Source of the DNA: a virus
Lineage: Duplodnaviria; Caudoviricetes
DNA length: 42,161 bases
IMG/VR virus record: IMGVR_UViG_3300033076_001203
Coordinates: 1-42,161 of that record
Direction: 5' to 3' (one strand)
Under the pieces are notes generated by a model. It was not told the DNA's origin. It saw only the letters and a program-made list of their open reading frames with translations, and searched no databases. This document shows, piece after piece, positions 17,349 through 26,384 of the stretch (its first letter is position 1; the number at the start of each line of letters is the position of its first letter). The position numbers and the translations under genes were made by a program.

Positions 17349-17930
17349 TTAGTCTTGGCCGGGGTAGCGTGGATTGCAGTTCAGTTTCCCGCTGTTGCTG
17401 GCGTCATCCTCGAAATAGCAGCCGATGGGGCCGAATCCGTTCTGGAACGAAAAAAGGCCATTCACGTATTTAGCTAGCAGGAATTTGAACGTGCCGCCGC
17501 TGGATTTGCTCAGCAGGTCGGCGGAGGTCGGCAGCGTGGTCGTCTTGTCGATTGTCACCGTTCGCGGCGTGAGTTGTTTGGCGAAAAGGTTGTCCGATGT
17601 GAGTACCCACGTCCCGGTGATGGAAACGACAATATACTCATTGCCCGAACCGCTAAGGGTGACGTACGGCGGCGTGGCGTCATCCAATGCCGTCCCGCTG
17701 ATTTTGGGCATCTCGCCTGCAATGGTTCCAGGGTAAACGTAGACCTTGAGTCCGTTGGAATAGACTTCAAGGGGGCTGAGCGTGTTGGATGACGGGATGT
17801 TGTCCACCTCGTAATTTTGCGTTCTGCCATCCACTGAGCTTGAGAACATGTTGGGACGCGCAACCGGGGCAGAGTCCACAATGGACCCTTTTATCTCGTC
17901 GCGTGAAACGTAAACTAATGGACGTGGCAT
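17349..17930 (-). CDS. Tail structural protein
   Basis: Start MPRPLVY; tail module. Confidence 0.55.
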   Translation of the reverse strand: MPRPLVYVSRDEIKGSIVDSAPVARPNMFSSSVDGRTQNYEVDNIPSSNTLSPLEVYSNGLKVYVYPGTIAGEMPKISGTALDDATPPYVTLSGSGNEYIVVSITGTWVLTSDNLFAKQLTPRTVTIDKTTTLPTSADLLSKSSGGTFKFLLAKYVNGLFSFQNGFGPIGCYFEDDASNSGKLNCNPRYPGQD

Positions 17931-17935
17931 AACTA

Positions 17936-18667
17936 TTAGGCTGTGGCTTGATCGCTGTATATTTCCTCTTTCCACAAGCGCGGGCCGGACAAGGCTGCTG
18001 TCTTTGTCACCTCGAAATAGACATTGCCAATGCTGCGAATCTTCATCCCTGTGAAAAGCAAATTGCGCTCACCGCTGAGGCTTGGAATCGTGTTGCTAAG
18101 GTAGTCAGATTGAATGATCTGGCCGAGCTGGCTGACAATGTTTTCATCTGGCCACTCTTGTTCTATGCGAGTCTGAGAAATGACCTGAATAGGCACGTAA
18201 TAACTGCGAATGCCTGCAAATGGGTTGAGTTTTCCGCTTCCAGCCGGGTACTCTGATTGGAAAAATAAAAATCGCCCGTCTTTAGGATCAAACCTTGCTC
18301 CGTTTAATGGCTCGCTCGGTGATCCAGCAAATTCATTAAATCTTGGGTGTGTGTCGATTGGCTCTGCGCTGCATGTGATGTCAACGTTGAGGTCGTCCGT
18401 AAACTCCGGCTTAGTGTGATCCGTGTCCTTGCCTTCGTAATGAAGATCAATCCGAACGTCGTTACATCCAGCCTCCCCCGTATGCGTGATCGAGCCAGAA
18501 ACGAGTACCACGTTGCTGTAATCCTCCGACTCGTTGCCCTGCTCCAAGATTGCGGTGTCGCCGCTGCTCATGCGATAGCTGACATCGTAAGTCGCTAGGC
18601 CGTTCCGCTCGAAAGCGTATCGAGCGCCTGGTTGCTTGATAAGTCCTGTGTCTCCAAAAAGTCCCAT
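17936..18667 (-). CDS. Minor tail protein (distal-tail-like position)
   Basis: Directly after the tape measure; EPIDTHPRF motif. Confidence 0.55.
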   Translation of the reverse strand: MGLFGDTGLIKQPGARYAFERNGLATYDVSYRMSSGDTAILEQGNESEDYSNVVLVSGSITHTGEAGCNDVRIDLHYEGKDTDHTKPEFTDDLNVDITCSAEPIDTHPRFNEFAGSPSEPLNGARFDPKDGRFLFFQSEYPAGSGKLNPFAGIRSYYVPIQVISQTRIEQEWPDENIVSQLGQIIQSDYLSNTIPSLSGERNLLFTGMKIRSIGNVYFEVTKTAALSGPRLWKEEIYSDQATA

Positions 18668-18671
18668 AGTG

Positions 18672-20045
18672 TTAGCGGATTGCTGCTTTGCCTGATGCGT
18701 AATAGACGGGCGGCGCCGTGCTGTTGCCGCGATTCTGCGCGTAGAATACCATCTGCTTAACACCGTCGCGGATCTCCTCTTGCAGATTGGTCTGCTTCGC
18801 GGCGTAGTCGGTCAGGCTGACAAGTCCAACGCCGCCACCGCCACCGACAGCCGCGAGGCTGGACACGCCGAAATTTTGCGTTGCCGTGGTGTTGGTGAAG
18901 CCTGGGGAATTGCTTGAACCCTTCTGGAATTTTTCGAGGGCGGCTTGCAGTTTTTCAAACAGTTCGGGAGAGCCAAACGAGGTTGTAGCAATGGCCTCTT
19001 TCAGCGCATCGAGCAAACTGCCTGCTTTTGGCATTTCCGGCTTTTGATTCTCGCTCTCTCCGAAACCGTTGAGGAGGTTCTGCATGGCCGCCTCTCGCTC
19101 TTTCATGTTTTTGGCGAGGTCGTTCCGGTCCATGATGCCGGCGCGGGTGTCCACCATGCCGAGGGTATTGTACTTCACCAAGGAGTTCAGTGCGTCCCCT
19201 AGTGACACAACGATGGCGTCGATGATGTTGGCAACGGTGTTCGTTGTTTGGAGCATCATCACAGCAAAGGTCTTGGATACGCTGCTGAATGCGTTCTGGA
19301 AGACTTCGAGCAAGTAGGCCCCCAGCGCCTTGATGCCCTCCCAAAGCGCCTTCAAACCGGTCCAGAAACCCTCTGCCGAGTACAGGGCGATGGTCTTACC
19401 AAGGATCTCAGATGCGTAGGTAAAGGCGGCGGCGGCAAGCTCCCCCATTGTGCTCCAAAGCTGCCCATCAAGCGCAAGCTGGGAGACGATGGCGATGGCG
19501 TTGGCAATCGGAGTAGCAAAAGACTCGCCCCATTTGCTGAGATCGAGAGCAAGGAGCCGGTCAAGCAGAGGGTTGATAACTGGGGCGATTTTGTCGGCCA
19601 CTCCGAGCCAAAAACCTTTGATGCGTTCACCGACGCCGAACAGCTTCAAGCTAATGTCGCGAAACAGTCCTGCGTCGCGCTGCATGATTTCCGCATTGCG
19701 GCCCAGCAGGTTCGCGGCCTCGCTCATGCTGATATTCTTCGACGCCGCCGTTGTGAATTGCAGGTACGCGCCGGTCGCCATGCCGGTAGCGTGCGCCAGA
19801 TTCGCCAATTCTTCGCCCGTGTCGAAAATGTGCGAGAGATTATCCCGTATCGCAGAGAAAAACGATGTGATTGCACCGGCCCCGCGTGTGAAGGCCGACG
19901 CCAGGACATTTCCAGCGGCCACGGCGAGGGTGTCTCGCAGAAAGCTTCCCATCTGCTGAGAAATCTTCATGACAGCTTTCGCCCCGGCCTCAAAAGCCGA
20001 GTAATCGAGGCCGATCGTCGCCTGCGCTGAGCCTTTTTTCGCCAT
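18672..20045 (-). CDS. Tail tape measure protein (short)
   Basis: Ala/Leu-rich helical; N-terminal ATIGLDYSAFEAG; C-terminal SSLAAVGGGGG. Confidence 0.75.
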   Translation of the reverse strand: MAKKGSAQATIGLDYSAFEAGAKAVMKISQQMGSFLRDTLAVAAGNVLASAFTRGAGAITSFFSAIRDNLSHIFDTGEELANLAHATGMATGAYLQFTTAASKNISMSEAANLLGRNAEIMQRDAGLFRDISLKLFGVGERIKGFWLGVADKIAPVINPLLDRLLALDLSKWGESFATPIANAIAIVSQLALDGQLWSTMGELAAAAFTYASEILGKTIALYSAEGFWTGLKALWEGIKALGAYLLEVFQNAFSSVSKTFAVMMLQTTNTVANIIDAIVVSLGDALNSLVKYNTLGMVDTRAGIMDRNDLAKNMKEREAAMQNLLNGFGESENQKPEMPKAGSLLDALKEAIATTSFGSPELFEKLQAALEKFQKGSSNSPGFTNTTATQNFGVSSLAAVGGGGGVGLVSLTDYAAKQTNLQEEIRDGVKQMVFYAQNRGNSTAPPVYYASGKAAIR

Positions 20046-20376
20046 TCGGCACCGTTACGCCGAAAATCCGATGTTGCAAGTTAGTTGCATTAAAGGGGTA
20101 GGACTTGCCAAGCTCCCGGTTTACCCAATCATGCGCGGCTGATGTCCAGTGGTAGAAGCTGGCAGAAGATGATAGGTCAGGAGGATGGCGGGAGACGAGC
20201 AGCACCCATTTTTTGTGGCAGGACTTGCAGCCGGTGGAGTTTTGCTCAACTAGACCGCTCCAGACCTCCAAAAACAGCGCTGCGCCTTGCTTTGCGGCCT
20301 CGTCGGGATGCTCGGGATACGCCAGCGCGAAGGCGTGGAGGAGCTTCCAGAGGGCGTTTCCTACGGCGGGTATCAT
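19990..20376 (-). CDS. Erv1/Alr-family FAD-linked sulfhydryl oxidase
   Basis: GNALWKLLHAFALAYP, CKSC redox motif, WTSAAHDWVNRELGK. Confidence 0.8.
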   Translation of the reverse strand: MIPAVGNALWKLLHAFALAYPEHPDEAAKQGAALFLEVWSGLVEQNSTGCKSCHKKWVLLVSRHPPDLSSSASFYHWTSAAHDWVNRELGKSYPFNATNLQHRIFGVTVPNGEKRLSAGDDRPRLLGF

Positions 20377-20933
20377 AATCCTGCGCTCTGTGCGGCCTCC
20401 GCCAGTTTCCGCTCGCAATACTTGGCGATGTCTGCGGCCTCGTCGTCTAGTGCCTTCTGCGTCGCGTTCCCGCTTTTATTCGCGGTCTGCTCGGCCCCCG
20501 GCTGCTCGTTGATGAGTGTGACCTGAACAGACGCAGCGCCCCGCTTTTGCTCGATTTTGCCGCGTTTGGGGCCTCTCACGCGCTTTGCTACCTTGGGAGA
20601 GCCGCCAAGGGCCTCAACGGCAGGAAACCAGCCCGTTGTCGTGAACGTGCGGGCCTGAATACGCGCCCGAATTTCCGCCTTCACCTGCTTCTGTCGTGAT
20701 CCGCCCTTGGTCTTGATCGCAGGCCGTGTCTTGAGCTTGTAATCTACCCTCGCCGCGTCCGCCTTGATCTGAGTCGGCGTCGGCGCGTTCTGCTTGTAGA
20801 TGCGAATCAGCCGCATGCCCACGTTTTTAGCGCGGCGGCGAATTTCCGTGTCAGGATCGATGTTTTTCTTGAGGTCGAAGTACTGACGCAGGGAGGCTTG
20901 CAGGGCGCTATCGTCGTAGCTGAAAGCTGGCAT
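20373..20933 (-). CDS. Neck/tail-completion protein (HK97 gp10-like)
   Basis: Basic protein in the morphogenesis module. Confidence 0.5.
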   Translation of the reverse strand: MPAFSYDDSALQASLRQYFDLKKNIDPDTEIRRRAKNVGMRLIRIYKQNAPTPTQIKADAARVDYKLKTRPAIKTKGGSRQKQVKAEIRARIQARTFTTTGWFPAVEALGGSPKVAKRVRGPKRGKIEQKRGAASVQVTLINEQPGAEQTANKSGNATQKALDDEAADIAKYCERKLAEAAQSAGL

Positions 20934-20996
20934 GGTGGAAGATGCCATGAGATGGCATGGCCGCAAGGGCGGGTGTCTATCCCGCATGCTCTCGGC

Positions 20997-21353
20997 TCAT
21001 TCCTCGCTTGTCTGCGGCTCCCACGAATCAGCGGTGACAATGCGCTGACTTGTGAGCGCAACGAGCGGCTGACGCTGGCGCAAGCCCATCTTGGACTCCC
21101 ATGCGGCGCGGCGGTCAACGACACGGATCGTTACCGCCTTTACGCGCTCCTCACGGTGGGCGCGAGCCGCTAGCTGCCGCTCAAGTTCTGCGACTCGGGC
21201 GACAAGCGCAGGGTCTTGAACGAGAACGACGGCTGGAGCGGCCTGCATCCTGCGCAGATTCTCGGCCGCATCAGGGAGGCGGGCGAGAGTGTCGGCGCGT
21301 GGAGGAATGCGGACTTTTCGACTGGTTTTAAGTGTTAGGATCTGGTTTCTCAT
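20997..21353 (-). CDS. Hypothetical protein
   Basis: ORF track. Confidence 0.5.
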   Translation of the reverse strand: MRNQILTLKTSRKVRIPPRADTLARLPDAAENLRRMQAAPAVVLVQDPALVARVAELERQLAARAHREERVKAVTIRVVDRRAAWESKMGLRQRQPLVALTSQRIVTADSWEPQTSEE

Positions 21354-21370
21354 GGCATGGTTTATGTGTT

Positions 21371-21571
21371 TTACCGGGCTACCGGCGAGGCGGGGTGATT
21401 CTTGGCGGGGACGCTCGGCAGGTGCCGAACCTCGATGGCGATGTACTGCGGCTGGTCGAGGTCAGAGCGACCTAAGCCGATGAGTTGAAACGAGGGGTTT
21501 GAAGAGAGGAGGCGGGCAATCTGCTTGTGGATTTCGAGGATGTCGGGCGGGGTGTGGGCTGGGTCGTTCAT
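21371..21571 (-). CDS. Hypothetical protein
   Basis: ATGA-coupled to the upstream small gene. Confidence 0.45.
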   Translation of the reverse strand: MNDPAHTPPDILEIHKQIARLLSSNPSFQLIGLGRSDLDQPQYIAIEVRHLPSVPAKNHPASPVAR

Positions 21572-21747
21572 GGCTTTGTGGTGTTGGGGTTTTTCTTCGG
21601 GCGTCCGCGTGGCCGAGATCCCGGCTTTGGAGTCGCGGAGCCGTTGGCTTTGGATGATTTGGCTTTGGCTTCGGATGTGATGGAGCCGAGGAGCGCGGCG
21701 GGGTTAATCTCCTCAGTGTGTCCGCATTTGGGGCAGGTGTGTTTCAT
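21568..21747 (-). CDS. Small DNA-binding protein (CxxC, GSITSEAKA, PRGRPKK AT-hook)
   Basis: 59 aa manual translation MKHTCPKCGHTEEINPAALLGSITSEAKAKSSKANG...RPRGRPKK. Confidence 0.65.
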   Translation of the reverse strand: MKHTCPKCGHTEEINPAALLGSITSEAKAKSSKANGSATPKPGSRPRGRPKKNPNTTKP

Positions 21748-21753
21748 GGGCGT

Positions 21754-21969
21754 CTATGCTACCTCCTTCATGGTTTTGGCTAGCACGACTTTGACGTACC
21801 CTGCATTTTCCACGTCGGCCAAGTGGCGAATGCCATTCGTGATGTCCGTGTAGCTGTCGATGCATTCGCGCACATTGATGCACTTGCCACTGATTACAGA
21901 GTAATCGTTTGCGGAGGTGGCGGTTACGGTTTTGCCGATAAAGGACTTGAAATCGTGCAGTGTTTTCAT
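21754..21969 (-). CDS. Hypothetical cargo protein
   Basis: Follows a promoter and C/A-rich leader. Confidence 0.6.
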   Translation of the reverse strand: MKTLHDFKSFIGKTVTATSANDYSVISGKCINVRECIDSYTDITNGIRHLADVENAGYVKVVLAKTMKEVA

Positions 21970-21997
21970 GGTGGTGTTGGGTTCCTGTTACGCCTCT

Positions 21998-22025
21998 ATA
22001 ATAACCTAGCGTTAGGTTTACACAA
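21998..22025 (-). promoter_or_regulatory. Promoter with palindromic operator AACCTA-N4-TAGGTT
   Basis: Minus strand TTGTGT-16-TATTAT; the palindrome fills the spacer. Confidence 0.55.
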
Positions 22026-22084
22026 GAAGAAAGTGCGGATTTTTTCGCTTTGACTGAAAAAAAGCGCGTGTCAGGCTTCCACTT

Positions 22085-22678
22085 ATGAAAACGGCGGCAT
22101 TCATTTTCCTCATTTCTTGCACCTCGGCGCTGGCTCAGATCGGCGCTGTGGCAGATTCCATCACGATCACCACAGCGGGCGGGCTGGCCGTTTTGAAGCA
22201 TTGCAAGGTGATCAAGATCGATCCCGATGGCGTGCGGGTCATGCATGATGCAGGCATGGCAAAGGTGCCGTATGAATTCATGCCTGAATCGTGGCTGGCT
22301 GCTTCCGGTATCAACAGGGAGACGGCGAAAGCATACCGGGAAGGATTCAAGGACGCGATTAACGCGGCGGCTAGCGCCCCTAGTGAGCCACCAGCTCCAG
22401 CGTCTGTTGTGCCTGCCTCCACGCCAGCGAGCAAGCCAGCGACAACGAAGGCCAGCAGCGTAAAACGCACTCTCGGCCAAATCATCAAGGTGCCGGACCC
22501 TCGTCTTATTCCAGGCATGATTTTGGTGCGTATTTTCGCCGGCGAGACAGTGCTGGTTGAGGCTCCGCAACAGAGGGGAAACCCGCGCTTTGAGGCCGTG
22601 ATTGTACCGACTGGAAAGACGTTTTCTTACCTGAATGTGAATTACCCTGTCTATGCGTTAGGGTCGGAGACCCCCTAG
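22085..22678 (+). CDS. Secreted moron protein (signal peptide, Pro/Ala linker)
   Basis: MKTAAFIFLISCTSALA signal; opposite strand within the tail operon. Confidence 0.65.
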   Translation: MKTAAFIFLISCTSALAQIGAVADSITITTAGGLAVLKHCKVIKIDPDGVRVMHDAGMAKVPYEFMPESWLAASGINRETAKAYREGFKDAINAAASAPSEPPAPASVVPASTPASKPATTKASSVKRTLGQIIKVPDPRLIPGMILVRIFAGETVLVEAPQQRGNPRFEAVIVPTGKTFSYLNVNYPVYALGSETP

Positions 22679-22920
22679 TTTGCCTCTCTCCCACGCAGCG
22701 CCGCGAGCAGAATACCCCTCGCCTGCTCGGTGATGTCGCCGGCTGATTCGTGTTCGTCCAGCCAAACGGGATGCGCCCCGTTGTTGATGGCGAGGGCGCA
22801 AAGGTACTGCTGAGCCTGAGCCAGCGGGAGCCTCTTTAGAATGTCATCCGCTGTCATGCCCAGCGGACCAGCCAGGGCGATTACTAGGCTGGCTCGGAAG
22901 CAGGGCCGTGCTTTTTTTTT
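22675..22920 (-). CDS. Tail assembly chaperone, -1 frameshift extension (gpGT-like)
   Basis: A9G slippery run at 22911-22920; the -1 frame is open into ORF 22675-22857. Confidence 0.7.
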   Translation of the reverse strand, partial: KKKARPCFRASLVIALAGPLGMTADDILKRLPLAQAQQYLCALAINNGAHPVWLDEHESAGDITEQARGILLAALRGREAN

Positions 22921-23441
22921 GCATCCGGCTCAAGCTCGCCCGGTGTCGGCTCGTCTTCCACAACGGCGGTACTGCGGTTGATCTTCGTAAATTCGGCCTG
23001 CACGTCGGCCATGGATTCCATGATCTCGTTTAGCGTGCGATTGCGCATGATGTTTCGGCGCAGTTTGTCGAGGTGCTTGGGGTCATCGTCGCAGGCGTCC
23101 ATTTCATCATCCGAGCAAGTCAGAAGCGCGATAACCTCGGCAATCTTGGGTACGATGGCGCCCGCTTTACCTGGATCAAAATCAGGGTTGGGTTTGCCAT
23201 CTTCCAGCATGGGCGCGATGACTTTCTGAAACTGCTTGATGCTCACGCCGATGGCCTGAAAACCCTTCTCGCCGGTCACGAACAGGTTGTTTGCCCGCCG
23301 CAGGATCTCTACGACAAGGGCAGTCACCCGGCGCACTGGCTTGAAGCCTGCCACTGCGGCCTTGGTGCCGTTGAAGGCGTCCTCTACCTCGGCGGCGCGT
23401 TTCTCGTCGGGGGTGAGATTGGAAGGATTGAGGAGGGCCAT
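22884..23441 (-). CDS. Tail assembly chaperone (gpG-like)
   Basis: Position after the tail tube gene; slippery site near the 3' end. Confidence 0.7.
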   Translation of the reverse strand: MALLNPSNLTPDEKRAAEVEDAFNGTKAAVAGFKPVRRVTALVVEILRRANNLFVTGEKGFQAIGVSIKQFQKVIAPMLEDGKPNPDFDPGKAGAIVPKIAEVIALLTCSDDEMDACDDDPKHLDKLRRNIMRNRTLNEIMESMADVQAEFTKINRSTAVVEDEPTPGELEPDAKKKHGPASEPA

Positions 23442-23455
23442 GGTATTACGTGGTA

Positions 23456-24052
23456 TTAGGCAGCGTCGCGAAAAATCCGCTCATGCCGGCGCATCGTTGT
23501 GGTTTCGGTTTCCAGCGGGTTTAGAGTCGTCACCACGCCTTTGCGAGCGAGGGAGCGCGAGAACTTGAGGAAGGGGTTTTGATTCAGTTCCTGGATGACA
23601 TCGCAAAGGGTATTCCAGTTGCAAATCTGGTCGTGGAGCATCTGAACCACGAATTGCAGCCCTTGCGGCAGGATTCGCTTTGTCTTTTCGGTCAGTGTCT
23701 CCATTTCGGCGCGTTCGCCCCCGTCAAGGTGCCCGACTTGGCTCTTGTGGCGGAGTTTTGCCAGCGCATGAGCTGCCGCAACCATCGAGCAAGTCAGCCT
23801 GCCAAACGTCTCGCTCTTGATTTCGTACACGAATGAAACCTCAACCTCGGCAAGATCGGGAATGCCGCCCACATCGGAAACGCCCTTTTTTGTCACGGCC
23901 ACAATGCGGTTGGCGTTATAGACGATGGCAATAGGCAGGGTGTTGCGCGTTGGAAAGTCAAGACTTCCAAGAGTGCAGGCAAGCAGCGGGTCACGGGTTG
24001 ACCAAATACCGCTTGGCGGTGCTGGATGGTCGGTTAGACCAAGGGCTGACAT
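23456..24052 (-). CDS. Hypothetical tail-module protein
   Basis: ORF between the tail tube and chaperone genes. Confidence 0.55.
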   Translation of the reverse strand: MSALGLTDHPAPPSGIWSTRDPLLACTLGSLDFPTRNTLPIAIVYNANRIVAVTKKGVSDVGGIPDLAEVEVSFVYEIKSETFGRLTCSMVAAAHALAKLRHKSQVGHLDGGERAEMETLTEKTKRILPQGLQFVVQMLHDQICNWNTLCDVIQELNQNPFLKFSRSLARKGVVTTLNPLETETTTMRRHERIFRDAA

Positions 24053-24423
24053 TAGATGCCGTCGTTGTTTTCAGCTTCAACGCTGAATTTAGCCCACTCG
24101 CCAGCAGCCTCGTTGTACTTGGCGCTGGTGCAGACGAAAACACTCCCCGGCGAACTCATGTTCGTTGTCCACGCGGTGCCGAATGAGGCGATGGACGCGC
24201 CGACGCTGGCAACGCACACGCCACTTGCCGAGCCGCCCGTGATGAAACCCTCTGCGGAGTGCTTTGACATCACGTTTTTGGTGTAGCCCTGGACGTTCTG
24301 TCCGCATTCATCAGTCGTCTTCTTGTATTCGCAAGAGGTGTCAGCCGAATACGACTGTGCGAGGATGCCGGAGACAACTCCCACGCAGCGGGTCAAAAGG
24401 GCGGTAGATCCAAAGTTAGCCAT
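24052..24423 (-). CDS. Major tail tube protein (putative)
   Basis: Small beta-rich protein; position; C-terminal EWAKFSVEA. Confidence 0.6.
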   Translation of the reverse strand: MANFGSTALLTRCVGVVSGILAQSYSADTSCEYKKTTDECGQNVQGYTKNVMSKHSAEGFITGGSASGVCVASVGASIASFGTAWTTNMSSPGSVFVCTSAKYNEAAGEWAKFSVEAENNDGI

Positions 24424-24442
24424 AGGGGTAGTGCGGTGAGAA

Positions 24443-24904
24443 TTACAAAGCCGGTTTCAGTTTTGCCGCCGCGTCGAAAGTCTGGCCTATTGCAAGCAAT
24501 TTGCAAGTGTAAACCGCCTGATGAGCTTTTTCGGTGGGCTGGTTGGAACTACCAGTGAATAATGCTTCGTAGCAGTGCCAGTCGTCACGGGTGGCTGTGA
24601 GTTCTTTGGAGAGGATGCGCCATTGCGTTGTCAGAACCTCTTCAATGGCGGCACATTTGGCGTCGTAGTCCGTAAGGCTGTCGCCAGCCGGCAGACGGAT
24701 CGGGTAAAGCAGAGTGATTTCCGCCTCCACACCGTAGATGCCAGATGTGGGCACGTCCTCAGGGCCTTGCTGACAGGCAACAATGATGTCGCCGTATCGC
24801 TTTGGTGCCTCGCCTGCCTGTTGGCGAAAGGTGACATTAGCAAGCGTTGGGTGCTGTTTCAGCCGCGAGATTAGCGCCGATTCGGCTTTGGCGGTCAGTT
24901 TCAT
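24443..24904 (-). CDS. Tail terminator-like protein
   Basis: Synteny and size. Confidence 0.55.
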   Translation of the reverse strand: MKLTAKAESALISRLKQHPTLANVTFRQQAGEAPKRYGDIIVACQQGPEDVPTSGIYGVEAEITLLYPIRLPAGDSLTDYDAKCAAIEEVLTTQWRILSKELTATRDDWHCYEALFTGSSNQPTEKAHQAVYTCKLLAIGQTFDAAAKLKPAL

Positions 24905-25380
24905 ACGCTGGCGTCCTCCGGTTCGCAGGTGGCTACAAGCTGGTCGCTCGATTCGTCGAATCCCTCACTGATGGCTGTGATGGTGAAATTCTTCCATTCG
25001 CCCTTAGCCATGATAGCGACCGTGTGATGTTGCGCGGGTCGGTGTTTCGGGTCGAATTGGGACTGGTTGAACACAAGGGTGATTGTTCCCGTTGCCCCCA
25101 TCCCGCCAGTCTCCAGCGGCATAGACGCCTGTGCATCGTCAAGGCTGGCCTGGAACTCGATGTTGTCCCAGCGCACGGTTACGGTCAGCCATGCGAGGGA
25201 GGCCGCGAAGATACGATTCAGCACCGCCTTGTCAGCGCCCAAGATCGTGCCAGATGGCAGTACAGCGGCCCAATTCGCCTCATTCGCCCGCAGATTTGCC
25301 TCCCAGAATCCCGTGGGATCATTCGCATACGGCGGCGCTGGCCGTTGCTGGTTTTGAGGACTGTTGCGAGCGCGGGGCAT
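24901..25380 (-). CDS. Head-tail joining/closure protein
   Basis: Synteny; beta-rich C-terminus. Confidence 0.55.
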   Translation of the reverse strand: MPRARNSPQNQQRPAPPYANDPTGFWEANLRANEANWAAVLPSGTILGADKAVLNRIFAASLAWLTVTVRWDNIEFQASLDDAQASMPLETGGMGATGTITLVFNQSQFDPKHRPAQHHTVAIMAKGEWKNFTITAISEGFDESSDQLVATCEPEDASV

Positions 25381-25382
25381 GG

Positions 25383-26003
25383 TCAGAACGTGCCAGGGAT
25401 GGGGTAGAGAGCACTGCCTTCGTGCTGAGTTACACAGCGCCGGTCGATAAGGATTTTGCCCCCAAGCGAGCGCCAGAGGTCGCAGAAAGCGAAGTCCTCG
25501 GAGTGGCCGCCAGGGAGCACGCGCCAGAAAGCATGAGCCTCGCGGCTAGTCTGAGCGCACAAGTATTCGGGAACGTGCGGCTTCATTGCCTCGAAAACGG
25601 AGCGATGCACGCGCATGAATCCTCGGGCGGTGCGTTTTACTTCGCAGAGGTCACTTTCACCACTGAACGGCTCGGGGTTGCTTTCGAGGTATTCAGCCGG
25701 GTAGATCAAGCCGGGCTGTTTTTTTGGGTAAAGGCCGAACACCAGCGGTTCGTCATGGGAAAGCAACCAGTCAATGTGTTGGCGGCTGAAAACCACGTCT
25801 GTATCCACCACTAACATCTCGTTGCAGTCGCTTTCGAGAAAGTAAGACGTGGCGAGGTTCATTGCGCCATCTGGGTAGGGGTAGGAGATGCTTGCGGCGG
25901 TGAATGCGCGGCCAGAGAACGCGGCCAGCATGCAAATCGCCCAGCTTGTGCGGCTGAGGCCCATCCCATTGTCAATGATCGGCAGAAAGAGAGGTTTGCT
26001 CAT
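25383..26003 (-). CDS. GT-A fold (GT2-like) glycosyltransferase
   Basis: VVDTDVVF (DxD), GLYPKK, ARGFMRVHRSVFE, SEDFAFCDLW. Confidence 0.8.
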   Translation of the reverse strand: MSKPLFLPIIDNGMGLSRTSWAICMLAAFSGRAFTAASISYPYPDGAMNLATSYFLESDCNEMLVVDTDVVFSRQHIDWLLSHDEPLVFGLYPKKQPGLIYPAEYLESNPEPFSGESDLCEVKRTARGFMRVHRSVFEAMKPHVPEYLCAQTSREAHAFWRVLPGGHSEDFAFCDLWRSLGGKILIDRRCVTQHEGSALYPIPGTF

Positions 26004-26027
26004 GTGGGGAAGGAAGTGAGGCAAAAT

Positions 26028-26070
26028 GAAAAACCCCACACGGAGCGGCGGCAACCGTGCAGGGCTTTTT
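26028..26070 (-). terminator. Hairpin terminator, possibly bidirectional
   Basis: AAAAACCC-CACGG...CCGTG-GGGCTTTTT. Confidence 0.5.
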
Positions 26071-26097
26071 CACGCGCCATGAGTAACGACGTAAAAT

Positions 26098-26358
26098 TTA
26101 GAGCTTCTCGAAGTTGGCGCGGAACTCGTCCTCGGTGCCGTCCCAGAAGGCGAGGGGGCTTTTCGCGTGGTGAGTCTTGCCGCTGCGCACGTCCTCCACA
26201 TCAAGGATCTTGAGTCCGAAAATGTGACCGTGAAGAGTGCCCTGTTTGAGGTACTTGTACTTGCCTTTGTAGTCCGCAAGATCTGCGGGGACTTGACGAC
26301 CTGGGGTGCCGTCTGAGACAGCGATTTCTTCGGGGGTTTCTGCCGCTTTTTTTGCCAT
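26098..26358 (-). CDS. Hypothetical protein downstream of the capsid gene
   Basis: ORF track. Confidence 0.55.
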   Translation of the reverse strand: MAKKAAETPEEIAVSDGTPGRQVPADLADYKGKYKYLKQGTLHGHIFGLKILDVEDVRSGKTHHAKSPLAFWDGTEDEFRANFEKL

Positions 26359-26384
26359 AGTAGTGAGATGAGAAGGGAGGGGAA

